From assembly GCF_001194135.2 (NCBI RefSeq), contig NC_068981.1, forward strand, positions 172,214,507-172,278,506: a stretch of 64,000 nt of DNA, read 5' to 3'. The notes beneath the pieces were generated by a model. It was given only the letters and a program-made list of their open reading frames with translations, had not been told where the DNA came from and made no database searches. Shown one piece after another: positions 35,476 to 50,190 of this stretch. This DNA is from Octopus bimaculoides. Lineage: Eukaryota. Both the position numbers and the translations under genes were made by a program. Position 1 is the first letter of the stretch. The number at the start of each line of letters is the position of its first letter.

Positions 35476-37425
35476 TAGCGAAGTGCAAGTCGGAAGTTTC
35501 ATTACTTTCATTCTCATATATAGACATGACTTGAAATGACATAATTGTAGCAACTGATGTTGAAGCTGATAACAATTTTAATATTGTCTTCAACCATAGA
35601 ACTTCTCGGATTTTACCGCATTAACAAATTTTTGTCGTTTATTTTTTGTTTTCTTCATCTGTGTTTCATTATTTATTTGTTTTTTTATTCTGGCATCTAA
35701 AAAAGCAAGAAGTGCTTTTCGTTACTTTCAACCTTTCCGCCATCTTTTTAACACATCCTTCTCTCTCTCTCTCTCTCTTTCTCTCATGGTTTTTCAATTT
35801 ATTTATTTCTGTAAAAGGTTTTTTCTGTATTGTATATTTTTAACGTGAATTCTGCATAATTTATTTGATAATAAAACAGAGACGGAATGAATTTATAAAG
35901 AAAAAAACCCCCCAAAAAAACGGAAAATACTAATATGTTATGCTGTATATTTAAAGACCTTTCCGTCAGATTTCCAATCATACCAGCAGAGAACCCCATC
36001 CATTCACATCTGTTGGTTTTATGTAATTTCATCCATTCCATGGCATAACGTTAATATAAAGTATTCTGGATTTAAATATTTGTATCCTATTAAACCTATT
36101 NNNNNNNNNNNNNNNNNNNNNNNNNNNNNNNNNNNNNNNNNNNNNNNNNNNNNNNNNNNNNNNNNNNNNNNNNNNNNNNNNNNNNNNNNNNNNNNNNNNN
36201 NNNNNNNNNNNNNNNNNNNNNNNNNNNNNNNNNNNNNNNNNNNNNNNNNNNNNNNNNNNNNNNNNNNNNNNNNNNNNNNNNNNNNNNNNNNNNNNNNNNN
36301 NNNNNNNNNNNNNNNNNNNNNNNNNNNNNNNNNNNNNNNNNNNNNNNNNNNNNNNNNNNNNNNNNNNNNNNNNNNNNNNNNNNNNNNNNNNNNNNNNGAG
36401 ATATAACCGGAGGAATTTAGTTTCCCATTGGGTTACATTTAGTAATTTAATCCCCTTATGTTCATAAATACCATTGGGATTGTAAGACAGGAAAAAATGA
36501 TATTCTTTTGCGTTTTCTATTGGGTTATTAGTTTAAAGCCACTGATACAACATAAAAAATCTTTTCTATCAACTTCGCTATTTCTAAAATGCCGGGTTGT
36601 AATCAAATATCTTGTCAAAATACCAGTGTGTGGGTGTAGATTTTTGTAGGTGTAGGTGAGAATATTAAATACTGTTAATTTTATATGCATTGATTAGCTG
36701 CTAACTGTGGCCAATGTATAAAAGAATTATAAGTACGATATTTTGGTCATCATTTTTCATGTCTTTTATTTTCTCTCTCTCTCTCTTTCTCTTTCTTTAT
36801 ACATAAAAGTCGTTTTTGAATATGTGGGGTTATTATTGTTAAAGATCAACTGCAGTGTGTAGGTATTGATGTTATGGGATTATATCCTGGATTAATTACT
36901 GTTAGATGCTTCACATAAAATTTCATCCCTCCATTCGATGGTGGATGAATAAATAACTCCATTTGCGTATGTCTAGAATATAATGAAAATAATAGCTAAG
37001 TTGTTGAATACTGGTGTATTATTTTCACATTTAAGCCATATAAGATAGGTAGTGTTCATCACTTCCAAGCCTGCCAATATCTTGTTAGAGTATTTACCTG
37101 AAATTGACAACTGGTTTGTGCTTACCCATGTATGCAAAGATTGTGTGTTGTTTGACAATTTAGTGAAGATCCTTCGGCAATTAAGTGCATTTTCTTGGTT
37201 GATGGTGGGGAGGGAAAGTTGGTTTGTGTCATTTACTTTTAATGTTTGAAATATAATCCATCATACTGTTATCACAGAATTTTTTTCCTTCGAAATCAGA
37301 TATTTCCCGTCATAATTTTAGGAGATATTCGTATGCTATTCCCAGCGTCTTCATTTATTAAAGACAAAGTATATAGTCTTGATTTCAGTCTCAGGCATTT
37401 CGATTGTTTTACTGAAAAGTATTAC

Positions 37426-37464
<39 letters not shown>

Positions 37465-40400
37465 TTATTTATGAATGATTACTAAATATAATTATTTCTT
37501 CCTTTATAACTCAAAAAGTTCCATACGTAATTAGGAAATCATTATTATTTCTGTACAAATGATTTGACTGCTAACTTCACTTGTGTGATAATAAAGCTTT
37601 TGGGTGGAAAGCCACAGACATTGTTTCTCTGCTGCGAAACAGCTTTGTACCTAGATGAGAAATATAATTAAATTGAAAGAAAAGATTATTGTTCATTGAT
37701 TACTAAGGGCATTAAGTAGATAAGATAGTGAACGGTTAAAGTAAACTATCTCCTCATTCCGTGTTAAATTCCTGTTGAGGCAGACTTTGTCCTTCATCTT
37801 TTTTTGGATCTGTTCAGTGTGTACAGGTATAATTCAATTAATTTTACCCCCTTCCATTCCAAGTTTACGGTCTTGTAGCTATGAAAGAAAAGTAATTTAG
37901 GCCAATGCACTGCCAAACTCTTGGAAAAACAAACATCATAACATTGTATATCTCTTCTGAATATCTCCTAAGAAACTAAGTTTATTCCACGATTAAAAGG
38001 TGAAATTCATGAGTAGCATAGTTTGTGGGAGAAATATCCAGTCTACACCACACCTTCCATTTCATAAGGTTTCTATTTGAAATTTGTTTTATGTTCAAAT
38101 CCTCCTAAGGTTAGTTTTGCCTTTTATCCCTCTGGAGTTGATTAAAAACAAGAAAGGACTAGTCAAAAAAATGGAGTCACTTTAATCAACCGGTCTCATC
38201 CTCTTCAAATTGCTGGCCTTGTGCCTGAATTAGAAATTATTTTTATTACTTGTCGCTTCCTTTGAAATAGAATGCCCCTACTCTTTTTGTTTTTCAAATT
38301 CTGTTTGTGCATAATGAGGAGAAATTAGCAATTCCAAACAAGTATTTTATAATTATTTGCCCACACCTACTTAAATCTATTGATATTCCATGACTGAATG
38401 ATTTTGTGTGAGTGTTTTATGTTTACATGCATTAAATAATGGGATTATTTTGAAGTAGGCATGTTGGGGTTGGTGGTGAAGAATATTAATTACATTTGTC
38501 TATTTGCTACAATGTTGGGGACAGAAATTAGAACTACTCTTGCTTAACCTTTTTTTTCCCCCCCAAACATCTCATCTTTCTATGGGACAGGATTATATGA
38601 TAGGGAGAGAATGGAACAAGGCTCATACTTTTTTATTTTGCAGATTTCCTCCTCCCCAGGAAATTTCAGAGGGCTACAGCTCTCAAAGGGAGAGATCGAA
38701 GGAGTTACTTGATGCAAGACCTAGAAGGTGAAATGCATCAAATGACAGAGGGAAGAGAGATGGGTGGCGATAATATGCAGCTAGTTAGTTTAGATGAGTA
38801 GAGGCCATTGTAGCAGCAATAGAAGAGGCTACAATTATAATTTTTATTTTCACTTATGCATTTGGTGAGTGAATAAATTTATCAAGTACTGTCATACCCA
38901 TTGAGTGAATGAATATTTGAAGAACCTATTGAAATATGTGTACATATGTTTGTACGTATGTATGTAATATGCCCTTCCCACATGTTATTCTTTTTCCCAA
39001 ACCTGTTATTTCAGTAAAAAATAAACTGAAATAAAAATCACGGTAGATGTAAGAAATCTGTTTATCTAAATGTTTGCATTCCACTGCAAAATAGTGTTGT
39101 TTACTGACCAACCTGCATTATCTTTTGTGATATATATATGTATGTGTGTGTGTTGACCAACTACCATCAGTAATCATTCTCACAATTTTCACCCAATCAT
39201 TTTCTAGTTTATTTTTCCTGTTATTATTAAAAGGTGGTGGATGGCAGAATTAGTAGATGGTCTGCATTACTTTTACTGTAATCTACCTACTTATCCATCT
39301 ACCTGTATGTATGTGTGTGTGTCGAGTCAATTTTATACCTTGGCATAACATTTTTGATACCGTTGCTGCTTTTAAATTCTAAAAATGTTCAGACTACTAA
39401 TTCAATGAGAGCATCAGTTACAAGTGTCATTAGCTTTCTAATTTGTATGTATTGTGTGTGGTTTTTAGGTATATTTCAAAATACAGCTTGAAAAATGCTG
39501 TGTTTGCTGAACTCTTTCAAACATAACATAATGTGGAGAAAACAGACATTAACTAGATGTTAAGTAGTAATATTGTATGAAATTACTTCGAAATTACAAA
39601 AACAGAAAACACCTGATTTAGACAAGAAATTTTAACAGATTTGAGTTTTGTAATTTTTTCAAAAGATGAAATGTTGGTTATTATCCCTCAATTAATCATC
39701 CACCTAGCACCGTTATAGCTCAAAATATTTTTTTTTTTTTTTTTTAATGAGGTGATGATGTATGCTTAGTAGATGTTCAATTGTGCTGTTATTGATGGCA
39801 GTGGATGGCAGAATCAGTAGGACACTAGACAAAATGCCTTGCAATATTTAGTTACATTCTGAAATAAAGTCCTCTCAAACTCAACTATGTCTTGCATCTT
39901 TCTAAGCTTAATAAAACAAAAATAAGTATTGTCAAGTACTGATGCACTATTTAATCAAAATTTAAAGTCCAGTGCCAATGTTAGAAATCAATGATTGAAG
40001 GTTGTGGAGTGTCAAGCAAAATTACTTAGGGTGTTCTTTACATTCTGAGTTCGAATCCTGCTGATGTCAACTTTGGCTTTGATCATTTTATCAGTCAACC
40101 ATAGTTTAATCAACTGTTCTGCCACCAAAAAGGACAAAACTATTTGGCTTTGTGCATATATGAAAATTTCATTGTTTTTCTTTCCTTCTGTTGATTTAAC
40201 TTAATAATCTGATTATTCTTCTATTTTTGTCATTTTGTTTTCTTACTGTAATTCATTTTAAAAATGAAAGTAGAAATTGTTGTCTTAGAAAAAGGGGAAG
40301 TAATAAACAAATTCTGTAATCGAATTCTTTATAATTACTTCTACTGGTGACTGGCAAATTATATAATTTGTTTTTATTATCACAAATAAAATGCAGATTA

Positions 40401-41718
40401 ACAAACCTGATATATACACATTTTCTATCTGAATAGGTTATCATAAATTTAAACAATGACATTAACAGCTAGAGATAGTCTGACTAGTTTATCAAAGATT
40501 ATATCAAGGAGCAGTGTGATAAACCAAGTATGTGCAATCAATAGATTCTATTGAATTGTTGTAAAGTTCATAGATTCACTGTTGGACTTGGCAAAGTATT
40601 AATATTGTGTTTCTAAATATATTGATTGGTTTCACCAACTCTGTTTTCAAATAATGTTTGTGTTAATGAAACTGTCCAGTTCCACATTAAATAGGAATAA
40701 GTTTTCATTAATTTACAGTATGCTTTTTTTTTAAAATCCAACTGTAAAAATAATCTTGTCCATCATATGGTATGTCCAATTTAATGCCTTGGTAGCATGA
40801 AGAGATTTCATATTCAATATGATGTTTGGTTTCATGCAACAAAAATTCATATAAGGCCTGGCATTTTGTAAATTTTCATAAGCACCTTGAAAAATATATT
40901 TTTAATTTTTCATTAAATTGAACATGAAAATAAAATAAATTTCTTCACTTAACATTAAATTTGTATAGACTATATTGTGAAGGCTATTAATGTTGGAAAT
41001 CAATTGAGTATCATATATTGCTTTCTAACTTTTTCATTTAAAAATATTTTTTCATGTAGTTTGCAGTTTAACAACTTGATATAATAAGAATTTTCTCCTG
41101 ACTAAAGATAATTTCCAAATTGCTAGCCCTTAGGTGAGATAATCAACATGAGTTTTCTGTATTAACGACAAAGACACTGATTTAGTTTAGCCTTAAGCTA
41201 TAATTGTTAACATTCAAGGTCTGTAATCTAATCACAAGGCTTCATGTGGAATGTAATTATTTGTATTCTTCCTGTATTGGAAATTACTACCTAAACACTG
41301 CAGATGTTTCTAACTTTTAATTTCATCTCTGTTGCTATTGTTGAACAAGGTGTATGTTTATTTAGAAAAGAAAATGTAATTATACATTCATATGTCTTTT
41401 CATAATCACAAAATGTATTCTTTTCTGAGAAGCATTCAAAAGAGAAAACAAAAAGAATTTTACACAGGAATAAGTTACTCTTTTAATATCAAAGTAAAAT
41501 TATTAGCTGAATCTAACGGATTATCTTCAAAACTATTTCCTTGATACGATATTCCTAAATAGTTTAGATATGTTATTATTGATAACCTATCCTTGGTTTA
41601 TTCACTATTTTGACTGATAATGTCCAACCTCTTTTCTGTATATTTATCATTCATCACACTGGCATTGGTTTCACATACATGTGTGTGTGTACATATATAT
41701 TTGCATTTGTGTATGTAG

Positions 41719-41760
<42 letters not shown>

Positions 41761-43107
41761 TTGTGTATATGTGTGTGTGTACTAGTATATGTGTATACAT
41801 GTGTGTGCATATGCCTTGTCTTCAATCCTCAACTTCTGGTGGTGCCATATAGGAGTGATTGTAATATATGGTTTACTTTGGGCATTCTTTGATCTGGAGG
41901 AGCCCATCTTCTCCAAGTCAGACAATAGCCATTTTCTTCCAGAAAGAGAAACAGGCAGTCAGGAGAAAAAGAAGAATCAACACCAGTACAGTAGTATGTC
42001 ATTGACCCTGAAATGGTGAAAGGCATAGTTGACCATGGCAGTATTTGAACGCAGCACACAGAGAGGCAAAATGATCACTTCAAAGCAATTTAACAGCTCC
42101 TGCAATTCACTGCCGCATGCACATGTGTGTGTGTGTGTGTGTATAATTATATTTTGATGTATGATCATCCACTTCTATTTACTGGAAGGTTTACCTCATT
42201 GAATTAGCATGCAAAGTGGCTGAGTGTTCCACAGACACTTATGCTGTTCATGTAATTCTCAAGTAAAGTCATTGTCACAGTATCATTAGACTGGACTTTC
42301 AAATTGCAGGTACAGTCAAGCCAACAACCTTCTTTGCAGTTACCCCTCTACCAAAGTTCCCTCACATGGTTTGTGTCAACCCAATGGTATGGTAAAGGCA
42401 CTAGCCCAACTTAAACACAGTGGGATTGAACTTGGAACCTCATTGTTGCCACTGAGTTATGTTGAATAAGTATTTTTTACCACAGTCTCTGGTTGAGCTA
42501 AGCTTTGTGAGTGAAATTGGGTAGATAGAAACTGTGGAACCACATGGAATGGACCATACCTATACTTCTAAGGTCCAACCTTATCCTGTTAATTTTATTT
42601 GAAAATTACAATCGATACATATGCCTATAAAGTATTCAGCTGTTTCATATGTTCAGTCAATCAATCACCTAAAAAAATCATTCAGCAAAATTTACAGGTG
42701 AGTCCATATGTGTGTGTACATGTGTATACATGCATATATATGTCTATATGCATATATGGGTATGTTGACTTTTTTGTGTGTATGTATATATAACTATATG
42801 TATTTATGTATGTGTGTGTGTATGAATATGTGTATATGTATGTGTGTGTGTGCATATGTGTTTATTATATGCTCCTGCTTTGATTCACAGTAATGTAATG
42901 CATTTACTTGTGCCATCAAAGCAAAGAGTACAACCTCATTGATGTTATATACCGCTAAAGTAACACATTAGAATCTGAAACTGATTTCTGGAAGTAGTGG
43001 ACATAGAGCAATGATTTGATACTCGTGCTCAGATGGTGCTTGTGCTTGGTTATTAAAGAAAAAGAATTTGTAACATTAGAAATGAAATGATATACATATG
43101 ATACTAT

Positions 43108-43500
43108 TAGTGCAGATATAGCATCGTGGTTAAGATCACTTCCCAACCATGTAATTGTGGGTTCAATTCCACTGTGTGGCACTTTGGGTGAGTGTTTCAC
43201 ATCATAGGTCCAGGCTGACAAAAGCCTTGTTAGGGGATTTGGTTGATGGAAACTGAAAGAAGCTTATTGTGTGTATGTGTGTTGCTTTATCTTGAGACAG
43301 CACATTGGTTGTAAATAAATTTAACCATCATACAAACAGTGTCATTTGTTTGCTATCTCCTATAAAATCATGTCCAGCCATTGTGTTGTTCGTATTGAAA
43401 GGACTACGGGAAATATTACTTTACTTAGAGGACTGGCTGGCAACTAAGGAGCCATCCAGACAGAAAATTTGTGTAAACATGGAAAAGTGAATATTGAGAT
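43108..43500 (+). mobile_element. SINE with family B head and a different 3' region
   Basis: gggttcaattcc B-box and family B segment to ggaaactgaaagaagc, then unrelated body ending in (AAT/GAT)n. Confidence 0.65.
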
Positions 43501-44334
43501 AATAATAATAATGATGATGATGACTATTATTTGAAAAATGCACTAAATTTGAAGAAATTAATCAAATAATTAAGATAATCTCATAAAATATATTCACTCC
43601 AAGGGTACAATTGACAAAAGGTGTATTTATAACTCAGTTTTATTTACTGTTAAGAAATATGCCAAGGACAATCACTGATTATGCACAAGTGTATGAAAAT
43701 CAATTCAAATCTTCAAAACAATGCTGTTTGAAAGAAAATGTGCATGATTGGCTTTCTCACAAATGTAGGATCACTTATTACTCGGAGAAAACACCAGAAT
43801 GCAATAATTATTGCTCAATTAAAATATGATATAGCTTCATTATTTGTGTCTATATCAAAACCATACCTTTACAGCTCAGATTGTCTTAATGTTAAAAGAT
43901 ATCAAAAAATGTGATTCCTTTTCTGAGTCAAAAATGAATATTTTAAGTGTTGCAGATATGGAAAATACTAGTCACCAGATCTTGCTGACAATCAAGTGCA
44001 TGTTTAAATTTTGAAACCTATGAATATTTTAATAAGTCTACACATCTTGTCGTATATATGAATTAAGTATGTATGTATGTATGTACAGAGATATGCATAG
44101 ATATGTATAAATGCATGTTTATACACATACTCACCGAGAAATGTGTTTGTGTATGCATATACATATATCTATACACACAATCATCATTTTAAAGTCTATT
44201 TTTCCAGGCTTGCATGAGTCAAGCAAAATTTGTTGAGGCAAGTTTTCAATGGTTGACTACCTATTTCCAAGTAAGGTCATGTTCCCTTTCGGCTGGAAAT
44301 GGATGACAGTGCTTGTATGACTGACACTTGCTTG

Positions 44335-45300
44335 CAACCATTATGTTATGCCAAGACATGGAGTCACAAATTTACATGTGTACATGCACACACATAGAAT
44401 CAGATTCAACCATTAAGTATGAATCAGAAACTGTTATGGGAAATACCCTCAGCTTAGAGTTAGTGGATGTGGGTGACGAGGTAGGTAGATCATTTCCTAA
44501 TAATATTTGAAAAATGAGCTCAGATGTGCAAGAAACAGCACTTAAAATTGATTGTTGCACTAATGCAGATTCTAGCAGAGTGAGTTCATGTACTAGTAAC
44601 GCTACATTTAAAAACAACATAATAGTGTAAGCAGTTATCCCTCAAAGGGCAATTAATAGGTACTCTTAAATTACACATCTTTTTATGATGGGTTATGGGT
44701 GGTGCATTATGAGCTTCATCAAAGTCCATATATTTAGCATGATTGTTAGTTCTATGATTAGAATTATGAGTATTATCATAATCTTTATTAGGATGAAGAT
44801 AGTTGGCATGGTCAGGATAATACATATTATAATTATTGTTATTACTCATACCCAAATTATTATAGCTGGCATTAATGGTATTCATGCCACTATCATTAAT
44901 AGTAGTTTTAACCACAGTATAGATGTTGTTAAAGTTAATAGTAGGCTTTACATCCTCCATTATATTTGAACATTCAGTTATGATTCCATTAGGGGTGTTA
45001 TGCCCAGTGAAATAGTGGTGATCTATATTTGCTAAAAAATAGTTATTGGGAGTTAATGTTATTGTAATGCTATGGGAGTGATATTTGCACATCATCATCA
45101 GAGATGTCATGGTAGGAATTAACAGGGCCTTTTTTGTAGAGGTTTTATCTTATATGGATTCAAAGCTGTGATGGTGGATCCAAGGTTAGGTGTGGTGGAA
45201 TAGGAGAGTTTATAATGGATTCATTAAAAATGGAGTGGTACTTATATTGGTGTGGGGAGTTGGATTTGAGTATGTTGAAGAAGAGTTTAGGGGGAGATTA
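44335..45300 (-). mobile_element. Decayed Penelope-like element ORF (RT thumb, Cys-rich linker, GIY-YIG endonuclease)
   Basis: SPPKLFFNILKS..., FLANIDHHY, CNLRVPINCPLRDNCLHYYVVFKCSVT, then RICISATINFK..FLHI*AHFSNIIRK*STYLVTHIH; matches the PLE CNCR..CPL.G.CL linker and YIG region; many stops. Confidence 0.7.
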
Positions 45301-45493
45301 AACTAGTGCTACAATATTACTAGACCCCCTAACATAATGAATGTGAATATGGCACCTATCATTGCTTATCTGAAACAGCTGTAAAGATAAGACTTGATTA
45401 CACCTTTCATGTATTTGTGTATGCAGCATTCCATGTAAATACACTTCTTTTGCTTAGATTTGTTTATTTGTCTTTTCTGCTTACACACACACA

Positions 45494-45533
<40 letters not shown>

Positions 45534-46281
45534 GAGTGTGTAATCATCATTTAACATCCACCTTCCATGCTAGCATGAGTGTGTGTATATACATGTATGT
45601 ATGTATATATATGTACATATGTATATGTGTATGGGTAGATACATAGAAAGAACAGACACAATAAAAAGCTGATCAAAAGATTGACTAAATGCAAAATATG
45701 TAAATGATGTTGGTATATGAGGTGTATATAGAAGGATATTCATTAAAAAAATGTCTTAATAGGGACAAATGTGTATATAACATATATATAGATCACCAGA
45801 AAATTGCACAGAAAAATGTATATTATTAATCAATGTTATTCACACAGATAATAAAAAAAAAGTCAATCAAAAACCATATGGGTTAGGGATCCAGATTCAG
45901 ACATACTTGTGTGTAGCAAAAGTATATATCTATATACATACGGACTTATATACATAGACTCGCATGCACAAACACTGAATCTACATGCACATGCTTATAT
46001 ATATATAGATGTACATATATAGAATGTTAGCGATGAGATATACCAAAAATAAAACAAAATTCCCTATAACATATAATTACAAAATTATACTGTCTCTATA
46101 CATATTCTTCCTGTTAGTAGCCAACCCACTCCTACTGCCCTGACCATTTATGTATATAAAAAATTCTATCAGTTGGTTTATATTTTTGAATTGTATTAAC
46201 TGAGGAAGGTCTTGGTGCAAGGGATGTACTTCCCATTATATTTTTACACAATGATCTGAAATATCATTATTATAACATAAC

Positions 46282-46664
46282 AGGTACAGGCACGGCTGTG
46301 TAGTAAGAAGCTTGCTTCCCAACCATATGGTTCCAAGTTCAATCCCACTGCATGGCACCTTGGCAAGTGTCTTTTACTATAGCTTTGGGCTAAACAAAGC
46401 TTTGTGAGTGGATTTGGTTGATGGAAACTGAAAGAAGCCTGTCATACATGTGTATCTGTGTGTCTTTCCTACCACCACTGCTTGACAACTGGTGCTGCTG
46501 GGTTTATGTTTCCGTAACTTAGCAGTTCGGCAAAAGAGACCTATAGAATAAGTACCAGGCTTTAAGAGACAAGAAGAACTGGGGTCAATTAGTTCAACTA
46601 AAAATCCTTCAAAGCGGTGCCCCAGCATTACTGCAGTCTAATGACTGAAGCAAGTAAAAGATAA
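46282..46664 (+). mobile_element. tRNA-derived SINE family B (full length, CpG-decayed)
   Basis: A-box ggctgtgtag, B-box aagttcaatccc, conserved tail. Confidence 0.9.
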
Positions 46665-46769
46665 TAGATATATATATATGATATGTAGTTATGCACATAT
46701 AGATGTGTTTGTGTATACACATATAGATTGATAGAAAGATAGATGTATGTAAATAAATATACACACATA

Positions 46770-47390
46770 CATGATGTTGGTTGCTGTGTTCTGATTGTTA
46801 CTATTAACCAGGATCTTACTATTTTCTGGGCTGATCTCTATCCCATATATTCCTGATACTTTTTCCAGTTTGGTGATGAGCTCCTGGAGTTTTGCTTCAT
46901 TGCTCCCGAACAGCAAAGTCCAAGTTGGAGATGGGTTGTCTTCCAATGGAGGCACAGAGTAGAAGTCTTGGAATGTCTCTTGCATATTGTTCTCCAGGAA
47001 GATGTTGACATCCATGTCGAACACCCACTGTTGTTCTGAAGAATTCTCCAGTGTTATTCAGAAGAACTGCACTGCTTGAGTTTTCACACATTGCTCAGAT
47101 TACTTTGATGAGGTTGTTGTCAAAGTTGTAATTCTTCATCAATTCTGCAACAACCCATCATACTAAACATGGTCAAATGCCTTTTTAAAGTCAAAGTTGT
47201 GACAGAAGTCAGATTAGTGCTGCAGATTCAGTGAGCAGTCTGATGTTAAATATCTACTCCACAGTACTCTTTTGGGGGCCCAAATCCAGCCTGTTCTACA
47301 AGGATTTCTTCTGCCTTCCCCTTAAGTCTGTTTAGCAGAACTCTTAGCAATACTTAGATGGGGTGACTACTTAAGCTGATTTTCCTATAT
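46770..47390 (-). mobile_element. RTE-clade LINE reverse transcriptase fragment
   Basis: EQAGF..., DFKKAFDHV, ENSSSAVLLNNTGEFFRTTVGVRHGC, GRQPISNLDFA, LQELITKLEKVSGIYGIEISPENSKILVNS across frameshifts. Confidence 0.88.
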
Positions 47391-47937
47391 TTGAACAACA
47401 GGAATATATTAAATTACATGTAATATGAATTCCTTACTTAATGTAATAATCCCTACTTCTAGTGAGCATGGACCTAAAGCTTGGTGGTAATTTGTGCCAA
47501 CACTAAATGAGGCTATATATGTGCTTTACTTGTTTTTGTATATATGAATGTGTTACATATGCTATAGTTAAGGTGGACAATTGCTGTGCTGCTGATGTCT
47601 TACGAGGCAGAACATGTCTTGAGCTGTCCTTTTCACACAATCAAGCTGTTATTTAAAAGCATATCAGTTTTGGAGGATCTTAAGATTATCTCCCCTTCTC
47701 ATTCAGAGTTGGTAACAATTGACACTAAATTATTGGTCAACCATCTCTGAAAACAGAGGCAGTTGCAATAAATCAAGAATTCACCTTGTATATTATTTAA
47801 TATACAGTTTATTCATCTTCATTATATACATACATGTATGTGTGTATGTATATATGTGCATGTGTGTGTGTGTATATATATATATATCTATATATATATA
47901 TATATATATATATATCTATATATATATATATATATAT

Positions 47938-48030
47938 CATCATCGTTTAACGTCCGCTTTCCATGCTAGCATGGGTTGGACGATTTGACTGAGGACTGGT
48001 GAAACCGGATGGCAACACCAGGCTCCAATC
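47938..48030 (-). mobile_element. SINE-like family C 3' tail
   Basis: catcatcgtttaacgtccgctttccatgctagcatgggttgg matches the family C end. Confidence 0.85.
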
Positions 48031-48819
48031 CATGTATTTATTTATGTACGTGTGTGTGTGAATGTATATACGTTATGTCTCTATATGTTTCAATGTGCAT
48101 GTATGTATCTGTTATCTATTTATGGTAAGCTACTACTACAAACAGTCACACCATCTATTATAGTTAGATGATGACTAGTGACATTCATTGATTTTTCTCT
48201 TAATCATCCACTGATTCTGAACTTTCAAATTCCCCAGGAATAAAAATGAAAACTTCTTACTTAAAAAATAAGGGCTTGTAGTAGGAAGAACCTCTAGTTC
48301 TAAATACCCCCACTCAATTTTTTCCTGTTTAAATAAAAACAATATCTAAAATGCATATAAACAAAAATATTGGTATGTATAAACACTCACACACACATAT
48401 ATAAAAAAAGTGTGCATTAACAAAATATGTTTTTATTTAATTGCATGTGTGTGTGTATGTAAATATATAGTGCTTGTGTATATAAACCTGTTTTTTATGT
48501 ATATGAAATATATGCCTTAAATGTTCCACTTAAACTGTTACAAGTCAACATCTTTGGCAAGATATGAGCAGACAGGAAATTCGAAAAGGCTGATATGCTG
48601 AGGAGGGAGGACTGGGCATTTTGGTCGTGCTGGGTTGAGGGGGGGGGGTCTTTTTTTTTTTGTTTTTTAGTTGTAGTGCATCTGAGCACTGTATACAACA
48701 ATTTTAGTATGTATATAAAAGGAGCAAGATGGAAATACAAATGAGTTGCTGGTCACTGAGTGGTGGGACTACAAAACAAGTTAGAACCAGGCTGTAATAG
48801 TAATATAAGAAAAAACAGA

Positions 48820-49470
48820 GAGAGGGGATAGAGCTGGTCTGCAGCTAGGAGTGTGCCCATTAGTACTTGAATGCCAGTCAATTAAGTAGTCCTTCTTTGG
48901 GTTCAGTGCAGTATGTTCGTGCATATAACAGCAGCACCATCCCAAATGTGGATGCAATACTCCCTTGTGTGCTTCACTTGAACCTTCTAGTGTCAGCAGT
49001 TATTGGGCGATGAAATATCTTACTCTGAAACTCTGAATAGAGGGATGCAATCCTAGATATGTTAAGAGTGTGCTTTTACCAGGACAGTGATAATGGTAAT
49101 GAAGCCCTACACTTTAGAGCAGTTTGAGGGCTGCACATTAACAGAGTGTCTTGGTGGAAATTTTGGTGAATCATGTAAATTTTGTTGGTGTCTAGAGAAA
49201 CAAAATTACTTTTGCCAGAACTTTGTTGAGATAGGGTTTTCTTTTGAGTTTTTTGCTGTTTAAGGTCCCTGTTTATAGAATCAAAGCAGGTTTAGCATGG
49301 GGTGTGTTGGTTGCATGTGGATGATGCAGGGTTAACGAGGAATGAAGGAATGTCATCTGCACTGGAGTAAGATTTACTCAGTGTAGTTGGCAAATAGCTC
49401 ATTGATGTATAGAAAGAAGAAAATGGAGAAGTTCAGAATTGGTTTAAAGTGGGGGCAGAAACAGCTCTAT
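48820..49470 (-). mobile_element. CR1/L2/Jockey-group LINE RT fragment (heavily decayed)
   Basis: FFLYINEL, YSSADD, INRDLK, W*KHTLNISRIAS, FRVRYF and EYCIHIWDGAA in collinear order. Confidence 0.65.
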
Positions 49471-49587
49471 CAACTCATGTCACAATAGTGCAATAGGTGG
49501 GAATTATGTTGTCTAGAGCAACAAAATTTCTTTTGCCAAACTTTTGTAAAGCAAAAGCCCACAGGTGAATGACATAAAAGAGCTGGT

Positions 49588-49827
49588 CTGAAAGAAGCCT
49601 GTGTGTGTGCGTGCATGCATGCATGTATCATTGCGTATGTGTTTGTCTCCCACCACTATTTGACAGCTGGTGTTGGTTTGTGTATGTCCCTGTAACTTAG
49701 TGGTTCAGCAAAAGTGACTGATAGAATAAGTACCAGGCTTAAAAACATGTACTGGGATCAATTCATTTCGCTAAAAACTCTCCAAGGTGGTACCCCAGCC
49801 TGGCTGCAGTCTAATGATTAAAACAAG

Positions 49828-49830
<3 letters not shown>
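49588..49830 (+). mobile_element. SINE family B, 3' two-thirds (CpG-decayed)
   Basis: Matches family B body and tail with CG to TG/CA changes. Confidence 0.85.
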
Positions 49831-49917
<87 letters not shown>

Positions 49918-50039
49918 ACATACACACAGTGGACTTCTTTCAGTTTCTTTCTCCCTATTTCCCTTGCAAGGAATTGGTCAACCTCCTGAGTTGCCTTGCA
50001 AAACCACACTCCTAATTACATGGCTATACCTGCACCTAT

Positions 50040-50190
50040 ATGTATGTATGTGGTTAAGAAATTCACTTTATAATCACATGGTTTCATATTCATCCCACTA
50101 TACATACATTGGGAAAGTGTCTTCTATTATAGCCCTAAGCTAACCAAAGCTTTTGTGAGTGAATTTGGTAAATGGAAACTAAAACACATG
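50040..50190 (+). mobile_element. SINE family B 5' portion
   Basis: ttgggaaagtgtcttctattatagcc...gtgagtgaatttggtaaatggaaact. Confidence 0.7.

Noticed and set aside
34820-35593. Multiple 150-240 aa ORFs (also near 400, 6400, 7100-7700, 9100, 27000, 52600, 53900)
   Set aside because: They are translations of microsatellites or N-runs
38644-38801. Open frame after a good acceptor (FLLPRKFQRATALKGRD...)
   Set aside because: No convincing donor and no recognisable homology
44586-45350. Apparent mitochondrial-like or host N-rich coding sequence
   Set aside because: Frames are broken by TAA/TAG stops under either code; motifs fit a Penelope-like ORF better
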